Shown: positions 12,822-25,180 of the stretch, one piece after another | Numbering within the stretch: position 1 is the first letter of the stretch | Layout of the letters: the number at the start of each line of letters is the position of its first letter | Source of the DNA: Callorhinchus milii | Lineage: Eukaryota | Assembly: GCF_018977255.1 (NCBI RefSeq) | Contig: NW_024704742.1 | Coordinates: forward strand, 38,938,001-38,998,000 | Direction: 5' to 3' | DNA: 60,000 nt | Notes under the pieces: generated by a model | What the model saw: the letters and a program-made list of their open reading frames with translations, nothing else | The model's database searches: none | What the model was told of the DNA's origin: nothing | Made by a program: the position numbers and the translations under genes

Positions 12822-13148
12822 TGGAGTCCTGTAGCTCAGTGGTTAGAGCACTCGCTTTGCAAGTGAGAGACCTGAGTTCAATTCCAGGCAGAGGGCGAAA
12901 CCTCGGGCAAGTTTCCTTACTCCACACAGAGCCTAATAATAATCCCTCCAAAACCCAAAACAATAATAAATTGGTCATTTTCAATCAACGACTGTTTGTG
13001 GGACATTGCTGTGCGCAATTGGCTGCCGCGTTCGCCCACAAATATACAGTCAATTCACTTTACAGTGTGCTCTGTGAAGCGCTTTGGGACGTCCTCCCGA
13101 CGTGAAAAGCGCTATATCAAATTCAAGGATTATTATTATTATTATTAT
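12822..13148 (+). mobile_element. Young tRNA-derived SINE, full length
   Basis: Near-identical to 11827-12153. Confidence 0.95.
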
Positions 13149-13491
13149 AATTCTAGATCCAGGTAGGATATCTCCTCAACAAATGTTAAATGCGAATTTC
13201 TACTGATGAGATTAATCTGTCAGTTGAAAAGCACATCATTTAAACTAGTCTTCCGCAGAGTTGCACTCCTCCTGTTAGAGTCACCATTCCACCTCTAGAT
13301 GGGCTGAACAGACTCCAGAACAGGATGCAACCCACCTACTGAATCCTCTGTCCGTTTCCCAGGTAACACAACAGAGCAGTGGCAAATGTGATGGACTCAC
13401 TATTGTGGCTGATACTCCTGCACATTGGGCAGATCTCAGGCAACAAAGCAGTACAGTATAGATGTGATGGACTCATTATCATGCAGAGGTG

Positions 13492-13559
13492 GACTGTCGA
13501 TAACTACAGACAGTTGACAACTAAAGACAGTCGATAACTAGAGTCTGTCGATAACTAAA
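13492..13559. repeat. Tandem repeat, 4 x 17 bp
   Basis: Units gactgtcgataactaca / gacagttgacaactaaa / gacagtcgataactaga / gtctgtcgataactaaa. Confidence 0.85.
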
Positions 13560-13966
13560 CACTGGCTACAAACTCGGCTGGTCACATAACTGGCCCGTGT
13601 GGAGTATTTTATTTCCTGCTGATTAGAATGCTGCATCATGGCTGAACTAAACATTTGAAATATAATATAAATTCTGTGGATTGATTCTTCTTTGGATGTG
13701 CTCTTGAAATCAGAAATCATTTTGAAGTCAGTGAATTTAAAAAGCCCACAGTGGTATTTTACAGTGCTTCTGTTTACACTCTACACCTTCAAACTTTGAA
13801 ATGATTTGTTTAAATGAATAACTTTGTTTAGCGTTTTGAGAGATCATCCTGATGTGAAAGCCGCTATATTAATGTAAATTGTTTTGCATTGTACAATTAT
13901 TTCATTTGCTTGTATTTTATTTGTGTTCTTGTATTTGACTGCGTGCTTTTTTTTCTCTCTTTACAG

Positions 13967-13974
13967 GCCCTCCT
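13967..13974 (+). CDS. COL25A1: 8-nt microexon GCCCTCCT completing Gly-Pro-Pro
   Basis: Long pyrimidine tract ending ttacag, then 8 nt, then gtaagt. It converts the phase 1 end of the previous exon to the phase 0 needed by the exon at 59043. Confidence 0.88.
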
Positions 13975-14334
13975 GTAAGTACACTTGATATCCGGATACT
14001 CCATCAAAGTCAGTAAGATAAGAAATTTTTCTTACAAACTAAGAAAAGAGGGATTGTACAGAAACAGCTGTAGTAAGGTCTTCAACATAATGCTATTGGG
14101 AGACACAAACGTAGCGGTACTTTCTCAGAATTCAGAAAGATTAATCTCCCAGCACCTTGGGACATCCTCCTGACATGAAAGGCGCTATACAAATGTAATT
14201 TTGTTGTTGTTGTTGTTTTAATTGTGCAATTTACCAACATATTGTGTTTCTATATGAAATAGCAATTTAAAAACACAGCTGCACAGACACAATTTTATTA
14301 TGGCCTTTCTTTGTGGTGAAAATGTCAATGTCTG

Positions 14335-14725
14335 CTCCCATTCAGCAATGTGATCAGCAGACATGGGATTAACTTCCATATGTATTCATTCAAATGACAC
14401 CCAACTCTGTCTGGCTACCTCCTCCCTTGATTCCAGGACCACTGCTGTTCTGATCAAATGCCTGTTGGACATCAAGTCCTGGGTGAGCTCTCACCTTTTG
14501 CAGTTGACAGGTGCTGACAGCATCAAAATACTTGGATGTATACTCCATCTCGTGCGATCTGGGTGGATCCTTGGTGTGTTGTTCGACTGTCAACTTCCTT
14601 TAAACTTCATATTCATACCTTGACCTGCTCAGCAAACCCCACAACTGTAACATTGCCTGCCTCTGTTACTATCTCCCCACTCTGCCCGCCGAAACCTCAG
14701 GGTCCAGGCTAGAGTATGGCAACTC
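14335..14725 (+). mobile_element. Old L2 ORF2 (RT) fragment
   Basis: Translation HSNDTQLCLA...CLLDIKSWVSSHLLQL...LGVLFD resembles the L2 YADDTQLY...CL.DIKSWM..NFLQL motif. Confidence 0.75.
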
Positions 14726-16699
14726 AAAGTACTTAACACAATCAGTTACCTTTGAATGAGTTACTTTTGGATTGTGTTGAATGTTGTGTAAGTACAGGTC
14801 AGGGTCTGCATGGCTCAGCACCACATTATATGTTCATTTACCTACTGAGCAATACAGTAAGTTCTTTTGATATGCTCCACCTTGTTACCTTACATTGTCT
14901 GGACCAGTGCCTAGGTTTATTGCTGCAATTTCATACTGGATTGTTCTGAAAAAAAGCAGCAAATTTTTTTCTTGCAAGTTGTGTGATAGCAAAACGATTC
15001 ACTACGGGGCCCGTCCACTGAGATCACCTTGAGAAGATGGTTTTGCTAGGACATTGATTTAAAACATAAATGCAGGGATGTATGCTGATTCAGTCTTTAC
15101 TAAAAACAATACGTAATCATTACATAAATGCATAGATAAGAAGGAGCAGAAAAAGGACTAGCAGCCTATCAAATGTATTCCCTTGGAAGAAATTCCTTGC
15201 TTCATCTCCCTCCCAATATACATCTACGTATCTCGACTGGTGCTGGTCAATCGGACACCTCCGAGGAGCATTCTTAGGTAACCCTTGTATTTGGGACTAT
15301 TTTATTGATATTAATGAGCTGCTCTTGGCAACCAATTCTTAACAAATTCAAAATCTAACACCACTTTGTAATGTACATGCACTATTTCCGCTTGGGAATT
15401 TGGAAGTATAAATCCTGTTTCAAATCAGCCTGTCTATAAAACCAGCATAATTGTATGTTTTGAAACAAGAGATTACGGCTAAATAGTTGTCCACCCAAAT
15501 GAGACAGTGCTACTGTTTTCAACCCTTTATTCCTGAACTTCCCATTCACTCAACAGATAGCTCCATGATTTAGTCTCACCTACGCATTTCTAAATGCTAA
15601 TAGTGCTGCTATGAGTTAGCTTCGGTATAATAAAAAGGCGAAGGCCAAAAACAACAGTCATGAGTGGAAGACTTTAGAAGCCCAGATGTGAAGAGTTCAA
15701 GAGAGGATTAATTGAGATGTTGAATTGGAAAGTAAAACAAGGGAAGAAAAATGGATACATTTTGAGACCATTTTAAAGAATGTGGAAAGGAAATAAATCC
15801 CCAGGAGAAAAAGAACAAAGACCGGGTTCACAGTGAATGGATAGGAAGGTCAAGATAATGTAAGGTCAAAGAAAAAATAGTTTAAAAACTGTCAGACATC
15901 AAAAAATCATGAGGATTTGGAAACATTCAAAAATCAGTTGAAGATAACTAAAAGGATTGAAAACAGTAAAAAACAGATTATGGAGAGGTAAAAGAATTTC
16001 TTTAATAAGGTAAGATGCAGACAGAGTTTTAAAGACCAGATAAGTCTAAGAAACACAGTAAACTCCTGATAACCTGACCCTTGCTTAACTTGTCACTACT
16101 ACTTAAGTCACCTGCTGTCAATATCACGCCACATTTATTTATGTAGTTATACATATGCTTACCTCACCAGTCTGGATAACTCATCACTAAGCCCCTTTTC
16201 CTAGAAGTGACGAGTTATAAGGAGTTTACTGATATAATAATAATCCTTGCATTTAATATAATGCCTTATCACATCTTCGAGATGTCTCAAAGGCGCTTCA
16301 TAGAATATACTGTAAAGTGGATTGACTGTATATTTTGTGGGTGAAATCTGGCAGCCAATTGCACAGCAGTCCCATAAACAGTCGTGGATTGAATGACCAA
16401 ATTTTTTTTTAAGGAATCATTACCCCCGGAAAAGCGATCCGCCAATCAACTAACAACCGAGTTATTTCTTATGAACCTGAATTGCATTATTTAGCAGGTG
16501 ATTACAACCTTTCTAAGTGACCGGTGGGCTAATAACATAACCTGGTGTGCTAACAACAAAGAATACTTGTAAATATATTATTAATTCCTTATTTATTGCC
16601 TCTGTTAAGAAATTACCTACACTCACTGTTCTACGCCTTCAATTTCCTTGTACCTGGTTAAAGCAAACCAGCAAACTGATGTGCTGTGTTCCCAACATG

Positions 16700-16912
16700 A
16701 AAGCCTCATCCCCTCCCTTGCCTCCTTCAAGACCTGTTTGAAGACCCTCCTCTTCAACTGTACTTTCGGTCACCCTCCTTCTCTCCCTCTGCCCTCCAGC
16801 CTCCCTGATCCGAACCCCCAGCTTGGGTCTGAAACACTGATTGTCCAGCTCCTTGGGCCGTCCTCCTGACATGAAAGGCGATATACAAATGTAATTTTGT
16901 TGTTATTGTTGT
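16700..16912 (+). mobile_element. L2 3' end
   Basis: SLASFKTCLKTLLF motif, hairpin tail and (TGT)n. Confidence 0.8.
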
Positions 16913-17840
16913 ATCAAACGCAAGGATTATCATTTTTTTGTGTGTGGCATCAAACAACAGACGGTGAACTTCATTTTGTTTTAAACTAGTTTGGAAACTA
17001 GTGTATTTTAGATTTGTGACACTTGGGTAGAAATACTGTATTATGAGGGATTTGGGAAACAGCTGAGATGCTAAATTAATTCATCATATTAATCTTCACA
17101 AGTGAAGACTGACAACTTTCAAATCATCTTGGGAGTCTATAATGTATTGTCCTGAGATTCTATAATGATTGTACTGGTCAGTGAAACATATGTTATGAAA
17201 GAGCCCAATAAATTAATTGACCGTAGGATATCTGCAGTAGATGAGATAGACATAGAGCTCTAACCATAGCCCTATGGCAGCTGTCAAGGCTGCTCTCTGT
17301 GGGCCAATAGATTCTGTACATTTTTAGCTCACATACTGTAACACTAAATAAAATACTAATATTACAGTAATAAAGCAGCTCAAAACATCAGGATATTTTT
17401 ATTGATGTACTATTGACCCTAACACACTAAAATAAACACAAGATGCATAGATTTAACTAAAAACTATACATTTTACATCTGCTCAACCCACCATCACTTT
17501 TTTCCCCACATTTTATCGTCTTCTCTATTCGCTCACCATCCTGGTTTTTATTTTGACTTGATTTTCAAAACGTTCTTTTCAATCTTAACTTTTTTTTATC
17601 TTTAATATTTATTTTACCAGCATTATTGTCCATTTGGGATAAATCTTAATATAAGTCAGTTTCAATTAGTGGTCAGTGAACGATACTGAGCTACGTTGCA
17701 CATTGGTTTCTGACTGTGTGTAATACACTGAATGACAAGCCAGTTTCATAAACTATACCAAATATTGACTAGCATAAAAGAGTAGGGATGTAGGACGGAT
17801 GGTCCATCTCCACAATAAACAAAGCAGACTGAAGTTTTAC

Positions 17841-17860
17841 TTAGGGTTAGGGTTAGGGTT
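17841..17860 (+). repeat. Short interstitial (TTAGGG)3 telomere-like repeat
   Basis: ttagggttagggttagggtt. Confidence 0.8.
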
Positions 17861-17880
17861 AAAATAAATATTTTAATATT

Positions 17881-18917
17881 CCTTCGGATGAGACGTTAAA
17901 GAGAGGTCCCGTCAGCCTGTTCAGATGGACGTTAAAATATCCCATTACACTACTCGAAAAGAGAAGGAAGTTTCTCTCTCCCAGTGTCCTGGTCAACAAA
18001 TCCCCAAATAAAATTGGTCACTCACACCACGGCTGTTTGTGGGACATTGCAATGTGCAAACTGGTTGCCATGTTCTGCCCACAAAGTACACAGTCAATCC
18101 ACTTCACACTTTCAGTGTTCAGAGGGATTTGGGTGTCCTTGTACACCAGTCTCAAAAAGTTAGTTTGCAGGTGCAGCAAGCAACTAAGAAGGCGAACGGC
18201 ATGTTAGCATTCATTGCAAAAGGTTTAGAGTACAAGAGTAGGGAAGTCTTGCTGCAACTGTATAGGGCCTTGGTGAGACTGCACCTAGAGTATTGTGTGC
18301 AGTTTTGGTGTCCTTATTTAAAAAAGGACATACTTGCCCTAGAGGGGGTGCAGCGTAGATTCACTCGGTTAGTTCCTGGGATGAGGGGACTGACCTATGA
18401 GGATAGGCTGAATAAACTAGGGCTATATTCTCTAGAGTATAGAAGAATTAGGGGAGATCTTATAGAAACATATAAGATTCTTAAAGGGCTGGATAAAGCA
18501 GCCACTGAGGGTCTGTTTCCCCGGTAGGAGAATCTATAACCAGGGGTCACAGTCTTAAAATTAAGGGTCAGCCTTTTAGAACAGAGTTGAGGAAACATTT
18601 CTTCACTCAGAGGGTAGTAAATTTCTGGAGTTCACTACCCCAGAAGACTGTAGATGCTCAGTTCTTGAACATCTTCAAGGCTGAGACTGATAGATTTTTT
18701 AAAAATAGAGGGATTAGGGTATATGGGGATAGGGCAGGTAATTAGAGTTAGGTCTGAAGATCAGCCATGATCTTATTGAATGGCGGGGCAGGCTCGAGGG
18801 TCCGAATGGCCTACTCCTGCTCCTAATTCTTATGTTCTTATGTTCTTATGTACAGTATATTCTGTGAAGTACTTTGAGATATATTAAGGTGCTATACCAA
18901 ATGCAAGGATTATTATT
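17881..18917 (+). mobile_element. Deu-type SINE (17881-18110 and 18851-18917) split by a CR1 insertion
   Basis: The SINE consensus cagtcaatccactt|tacagtatattctgtgaag resumes after the CR1 tail. Confidence 0.8.
18113..18850 (+). mobile_element. CR1 LINE 3' fragment (subfamily B), relatively young
   Basis: ORF 18039-18527 reads QRDLGVLVH...KKANGMLAFI...LEYCVQFW...VQRRFTR...RGDLIETYKILKG. Tail (TTCTTATG)n. Confidence 0.95.
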
Positions 18918-19288
18918 AAAATGATTTTGTGATAAATTTACTGTAAAGTTGTTTGTTCCAGTACCTTGGGACGTCCTCCCGACGTGAAAGGCGCTAAACA
19001 AATGTAATCTTGTTGTTGTTGTTTGTCTGTGTAGTGTTTGTGATCTGAGGTCACTTTCCATCAAAGGACTGAAATTCTGATCGGCAACACTGACCATGTC
19101 AACCTCTAGTGGGATTTCCCCAAAATAGTTGGGTAACATAAAGCACTACACTGAAAGCCGACTGGAATTTCAGATCGCTGGGATTAGCAATCTTGTTGTT
19201 GTCCCATTATTCTGGGCAGATCTGTGCAACTTAAGATCATCATTTGCATCAAAAAGTTGGAAATCCTGAGTGACTGAAGTTGCAAGTA

Positions 19289-19457
19289 CAGTCAAACCTG
19301 TCTTCAACAGCTACTCAGCAGACTGGGCCAAAGTGGCTTTTATATAAGAGTGGCCTCTGAGTAAGGGTTCATTGGTTTGTGAACTGGGCTGTCCCAGGGT
19401 GGTTGTTAACAAGGGGAGGTTGCTGAATGGAGGTAGTTGGTTGAACAAGTTTGATTG
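19289..19457. mobile_element. Tc1/mariner (pogo/Tigger-like) MITE
   Basis: TA|CAGTCAAACCTGT ... ACAAGTTTGATTG|TA: imperfect TIRs with TA flanks. Confidence 0.65.
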
Positions 19458-20454
19458 TATATAATTGCTGTTCATCGATCACATGGAAATAACCTGGATA
19501 TTTCACTATTTCAAATAAATGTAAATGCAACCTTTTCAAACAAAGAACATATATTTCCTGCTGAAGATGTATAAAAACTGTCATAACAGTAATTATTTTT
19601 GTATTACGTCTTGGTTAAGTTCCCATTTAATTTCAGACTTAGGACTCGCATTGAACAATAATTCACATTTTTACAGTTGGAAGCAATGCAACATCACTTT
19701 CAGTGATAGAATGATTGAGAGTGGGGAGCCTTATTTATGCTTCCTGCTCCCAATCACTTTTGCTGACAGCTGAGGAGAACTGAGTTGTGCTAGTTCTCTT
19801 AGAATAGTCCTGCTAATTGCAGTTGCACGCTGGTTAATGTTTGGGTGCCAGCAGTGCAACTGACTGTTCAATAACATAAAAAATAGTCCTTTAAAAGTTC
19901 TTGGGCGGTCCAAGCCCAAGAGCTTTCAAAAGGAATCAGACTTTAATAGAGTTGAATTGATTTGTGCTGCTTGCAGTGGAGCAAACTGATTTCTTGGTCA
20001 AACTTCAAGGTGTTTTCAGTCGTTGGGCTCCAGCTTGAAATGCTTTGTGATTTATTTTTTGCGTCAATTCAGTACGATTTGTGGATCAAATCAAATTGAA
20101 AGGCATAGCTTTAATAGGGCAAACACATCTATTTTGTGAACTCACACTGCACGGTCATAGAAGATTTAGTGTGGTGAAATGAAAGCCCTCAACAGTAAAT
20201 TGCTCCAATTTAAGGAATAGAACTTTGGAACTGAAGAAAAGAAAAGAATCAATAGACTATTCAATACAAACCCCTGAGGCACTACATTCTGCCCCCATCC
20301 AGTTTGAATCTAGCATCACTTATATCCACTCTCCACTTTCATTCCTCTCACCAATTACTAATCTACATTCATGTCTTATCCTTGGTACCCAGTGACCTCA
20401 GTTTGTAACGGTATTAGATATATACTAATATCCTATACCTCATCTAGTATTAGA

Positions 20455-20899
20455 TTCCAGCCTGGCTTATTTGGTAACACTCTTGCCTCTGAGTCAGAAG
20501 ATTATGATTTCCAGCCCAACATCGGGTCTTTGAACTCACAGTCTAGGATGACACTTGAATTAGTAGGAATGTACTGCATTGTTGGAGGAGCTTTTCTTTC
20601 GATGAGAGATGACTTGGATGTGTTCCTGTCTGCCGGTTCAGGTGGATGTTAAAGATCCCATGAAGCTATGAAAAGAGAAGGGAGTTTCTCCCGGTGTCCT
20701 GGACAACAATCCCCCAAATAAAATCGGTCATTCATTTCATGTCTGTTAGTGGGACATTGCTGTGTGCAAAAAAGCTGTCGTCTTCACTTACAAAATACAA
20801 TCATACAATCACGACATTTCACAGTAAATCCTGTGAAATGCTTTGAGACAACCTCCTGACATGAAAGCCACGATATCAAATGCAGAGATTATTATTATT
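20455..20899 (+). mobile_element. Deu-type SINE, near full length
   Basis: tRNA-like head, ttcaggtggatgttaaagatcccatg body, L2-like tail. Confidence 0.75.
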
Positions 20900-21212
20900 G
20901 GAATCCTGGAATCCCTGCGAGTTGCTCTCTGCCTTCCCTCGTTCAAGGCTCATCTCAAAATGTACCTTTATAAATGGAATCTTGTTGTTGTTGTTGTTGT
21001 TGTACCTCTTTGATCGCGCTTTTGGTCACATCGCCTAACCCCTCAGCTCCCAGCCCCAGCCCATCCAGCATTGTTAATAAAAGTAAAAAGTTAAAGGGGA
21101 GGGGCTGAGGTTCTTTAGCTTGAGCACGGCTTCTTTCCCCTGTTATTCAAAATGGTGCACTTTCATCAGCTTCGCTCAGAAATTCAGTGTGTACATAGAA
21201 GTACACAGATAT

Positions 21213-21720
21213 AGGTGTCAGCTTAGTGATAGCACTCTTGCCTTCACTTCAGGCTGTACTCTTGTCTTTGAGTGAGAAGGTTGCGGGTTCAAGCTTTACA
21301 TTAGGACTTTGAACTCACAGTCTAGGCTAACATTCCAATGCAGTGCTGGGAGAGCATGATATTATTGGAGGTGCCATCCTTCGTAAAAGACATAAAACTG
21401 AAGTTCAGGTGAACATTAAAAATCCAGTGGCACTACTCGGAAAAAGTAGCAAGTTGCTCTTGGCCAACAATCTTCCAGATAAAATTGATCATTCACTTCA
21501 TGATTCTGGGACATTGCAGTGTGCAACTTGCCTGGCATGTTAGCCTGCAAAATGTACAGTCACTGCACTTTCATGGAAATCCTTTGAAGTTCTCCTGATG
21601 TGAAAGGCAATAAAGACAAATGCAAGGATTATTATTAAGCACTTTGGGACGTCCTCCCGACGTGAAAAGCGCTATATCAAATGCAAGGATTATTATTATT
21701 ATTACTACTATTATTATTAT
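21213..21720 (+). mobile_element. Deu-type SINE with a young SINE tail appended (21637-21720)
   Basis: Same body as 20455. The second tail matches the young family. Confidence 0.7.
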
Positions 21721-22664
21721 TCAACCAGTGGCCCTCGTCACCATCAACTATGACCCATTCTAAAATTGCAACTTTTTTTGAAGAATTACAGGTCTTAAAT
21801 ATCCAGGATTTCCAGCTATTCATTAGAGAGCAGAAATGCTACTTTATGAGATAGATAATTTTTCTTCATCTCTGAGTTCAGGTCAGGTCTCAGTTGTTTT
21901 CGTGGAATAAGGGGGAAAATCAAACCAGGATTTATTTTTCTGTCCAAGAAAAATAGCCCAAAATGATTTGTTAAAAGCAATTCTGTGAATTCATCATCCA
22001 GTGCACCAAAGGGTTCTACTGTGCCCTCAGTTTAAGTCAATGGGGGAAGAATGCAGCCTTAGATGTATTGCACTATAGTCTATAATCTAGAAAATAAATA
22101 TGTAGTACTTGTTTCATTCCAGTGAGTCTGTGTACAGACAGACTTTAAGTACATACCGATGGAAATTGTTAGACCATTTACGTGACTTATTACAGGACGT
22201 TGGAATATCTGTTGCTAAAGCTGAATTTTTCATCACTAGCTGATGTGTGTGCATCTTGGGAACATTCACTTGATACTGAACACATATGTTTATGGTTAAT
22301 CCTTCAAACAACCAATCTGGAGCTATCTTTTCCCCTCAATTTTTTTTCCTTCATCATCCACTACTGTGGGTATTGACCTATGTCAGGGTTTCCCGGCACC
22401 TCTGCAGTACCTCCATCACAGCCAAGCAGGGAGAAGAAAGACCAGTATTCCTATTCTTTTAAATACCTTAAGGTTGCCAACATGCCCAGGGATTGACTAT
22501 CTTCCTGGACTGGCCTTTTCTTGCCAATTTTCTCCCTACTTGCTTATTTTCTCCCGAAAGCATTTGACTGCTTCATTCTTCCACTGTACTATGTTTTCAT
22601 GGGTGCCGGTTGCTCTCTGGTACTTTCCAGAGCGGCAATGCTTCATGTCCCCATCAATCTTTTG

Positions 22665-22985
22665 ACATGATTTACTGTAAAGTGCAGGGATGATATATTT
22701 CTGTAGGCGATTGCTGCAGCCAATTTGAACACTGCAATATTCCACAAACAACTACAAAGCAATTTTATTTGGGGGATTGTTGGCCAAGACACAGAGAGAA
22801 ACTCCTTTCTCTTTTTGAATATTTCCAAGAAATCTTAACATCCACTTGAATAGGCAGATGGGACTTTGGTTTAAGGTTTCATCCAAATAACGGTACTTTC
22901 AACAATGCTGGACACTCCCAGCACTGTATTGAAATGCCAGCCTAAACTATATGAGTTCCAAATCCCAATGTAGGGCTTGAACGAG
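22665..22985 (-). mobile_element. Deu-type SINE
   Basis: Reverse complement of the family body. Confidence 0.65.
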
Positions 22986-23221
22986 GCTTAAGTGAGGCTC
23001 AGTGAACAACTCAATGTGGTTTATCACGCTTTTGATGACTTTCTGGAATTCTTTCTCAAAGTCCCAAAACACTGATTGTCCAGCGCCTTGGGATGACCTC
23101 CCGACATGAAAGGCACAATACAAATGTCATTTTGTTATTGTTTTTGCATCCTTCCTCTCAAGTTTCAAAACTCTTGTTAAAATCTCTCTCTTTGACCATA
23201 CATTCAGTCACTTACCGATTG

Positions 23222-23531
23222 TGTGTTAGCCTGGCACAATTGGTAGCACTTTCATATCTGAATCAGAAGGTCATGGGTTCAAGTCTCGTATTGGGACTTG
23301 GAATTCAGGTAGTCTAAGCTGACACTCAAATACTGCACTGGGGGTGGTGTTGCACAGTTGGAATTGCCATCTTTCGAATTAGATGTTAAACCGAGGCTCC
23401 ATCTCTCTGCCGCATTTTCCCACAAAACGTACATAGTCACTCCAATTTACAGTATATCCTGCAAAGCGCTTTGAAACATACTCGACATGAAGTGTAAGGA
23501 TTATTATTTTTGTCATTATTATTATCATTAT
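23222..23531 (+). mobile_element. Deu-type SINE with internal deletion
   Basis: Head and gatgttaaaccgagg joined directly to the tail. Confidence 0.65.
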
Positions 23532-25180
23532 TATCCCCAGAAGATCTATCACTGTGGCCCATTAAAACAGCATTTTTACCAAGCAATAATAATAATAATT
23601 CTTGCATTTGGTAGAGCGGCTTATCACGTCGTTGAGCTGTCTAAAAGTGTTTCACAGAATATACTGTAAAGTGTAGTGGCTGTATATTTTATGGGCGAAA
23701 CGCGGCAGCTATTTGAGCAAGACAGTATCCCACAAACAGTCGTGGATTGAGTGACCAAATTATTTATTTATTTAATTATAATAGTGCACAATAGTGCAGT
23801 GCAAACACAATAAGGTAATAAATTTGACATGATGTGGTAATTATCACTGATAATAATTATCCCATTGCAGAATATTTTGCTTGAATGGTATCTGGACATG
23901 GGTATGATAACCCCGGGCGAACATTAAAATGGTTTGGTGTAAGTCCACTTGCAGATGCCATTGGACTTGGTGGCCATGCAGTGCTGTGGGGTGTGTTTGA
24001 ATACTGGTTTACAGGATACCTGCTCTGCTTGTTGTTGAGTTAAGACATAACCTGGGAGCTGAGACTCAAATGTGCTCCTCAGTGGTTGCCAAACCCAATA
24101 ATGATCTGCAAGTGGCTTCAGTCTCACTGACCCAAAAGAATTCTTCAAAATATAGAATGTGGTTAAACGTAAAGAAAGAGTTAAACTCCTTCCTTAAATA
24201 AAGTGTCAAAAATGATAAGCAATGATCAGAAACTGTTATAATTAAATAATATTAAATATCAAAGTCCAACCTTAAATGAGAACTCTGTACAAATGACAAG
24301 GTATGGATTTTCGGATTTTCATTATCTTTCATTTGCATTTCACTAAAAATAAGAAACTGATCAAAGTATGTTTATTAGCTTTAAAAGTTCTATTATCTCC
24401 CATCCAGGCCTCACCCGGATCTATGCTGAACTCTTGAACAAACTCCTGTAAAAGTAGACTTCCTGCATTTGACTTTCTGTAATTATTTCATCCTGTTTGT
24501 TTTTCTTTGAAAGAATGTTTATATTTTAAGGCAGTAATTTTATTTGTGGATAATTTTTAATTAAGGTAGAGTGTTCCAGCATTGCTGGTTGGTTGCTTCA
24601 AATCACTGAATGGGTGAGTTGGCCTGTACTTGGCGAGCGCTTGCAGATTGGGCTGATAGCTACTGTTAGTTGGGGATAGAGTTCACATGGTCGCAAGATT
24701 GATCTTGATGAAGAAGGCCCTTCATTTATGATAATAATCTTTGCATTTGATATAGTGCCTTATCATGTCTTTGAGATGTCTCAAAGCACTTCACAGAAAT
24801 ATACTGTAAAGTGAATTGACTGTATATGTATAAAGAAAGACTACCTGGTATTTGTCATGAAATTGCGCTTTGCAATTCTAAACCTATGTCCTCTTGTTCT
24901 ACTGTCTTGATGCATCCTAGGTATTGATCAGGTTTACAATTTCAAGCCATCATTTAAAATTTTATACACCACAACGAGCTCCCTTCTGAGTCATATTTTC
25001 TCAAGACTGGTTTTGGTAATTGACGTGGATGTTTAGGGTATAACTGACATGAATGACAATGATCTTAAAGGAACACATTAACAAGTGATTAGGAGTATAG
25101 ATATAGTTGAAGAACAGAAATGATGTAGCTAGACGAAAACACCACAGAATGTTCCTTCATTAGAAGAATATTTTCATAAA

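Noticed and set aside
13492..13559. Regular short repeats as a CRISPR-like array
   Set aside because: The units are contiguous with no spacers, in a vertebrate intron.
22387..22395. cag|GGTTTCCCG (GFP) possible microexon
   Set aside because: Followed by gcacct, not a credible donor, and the acceptor is poor.
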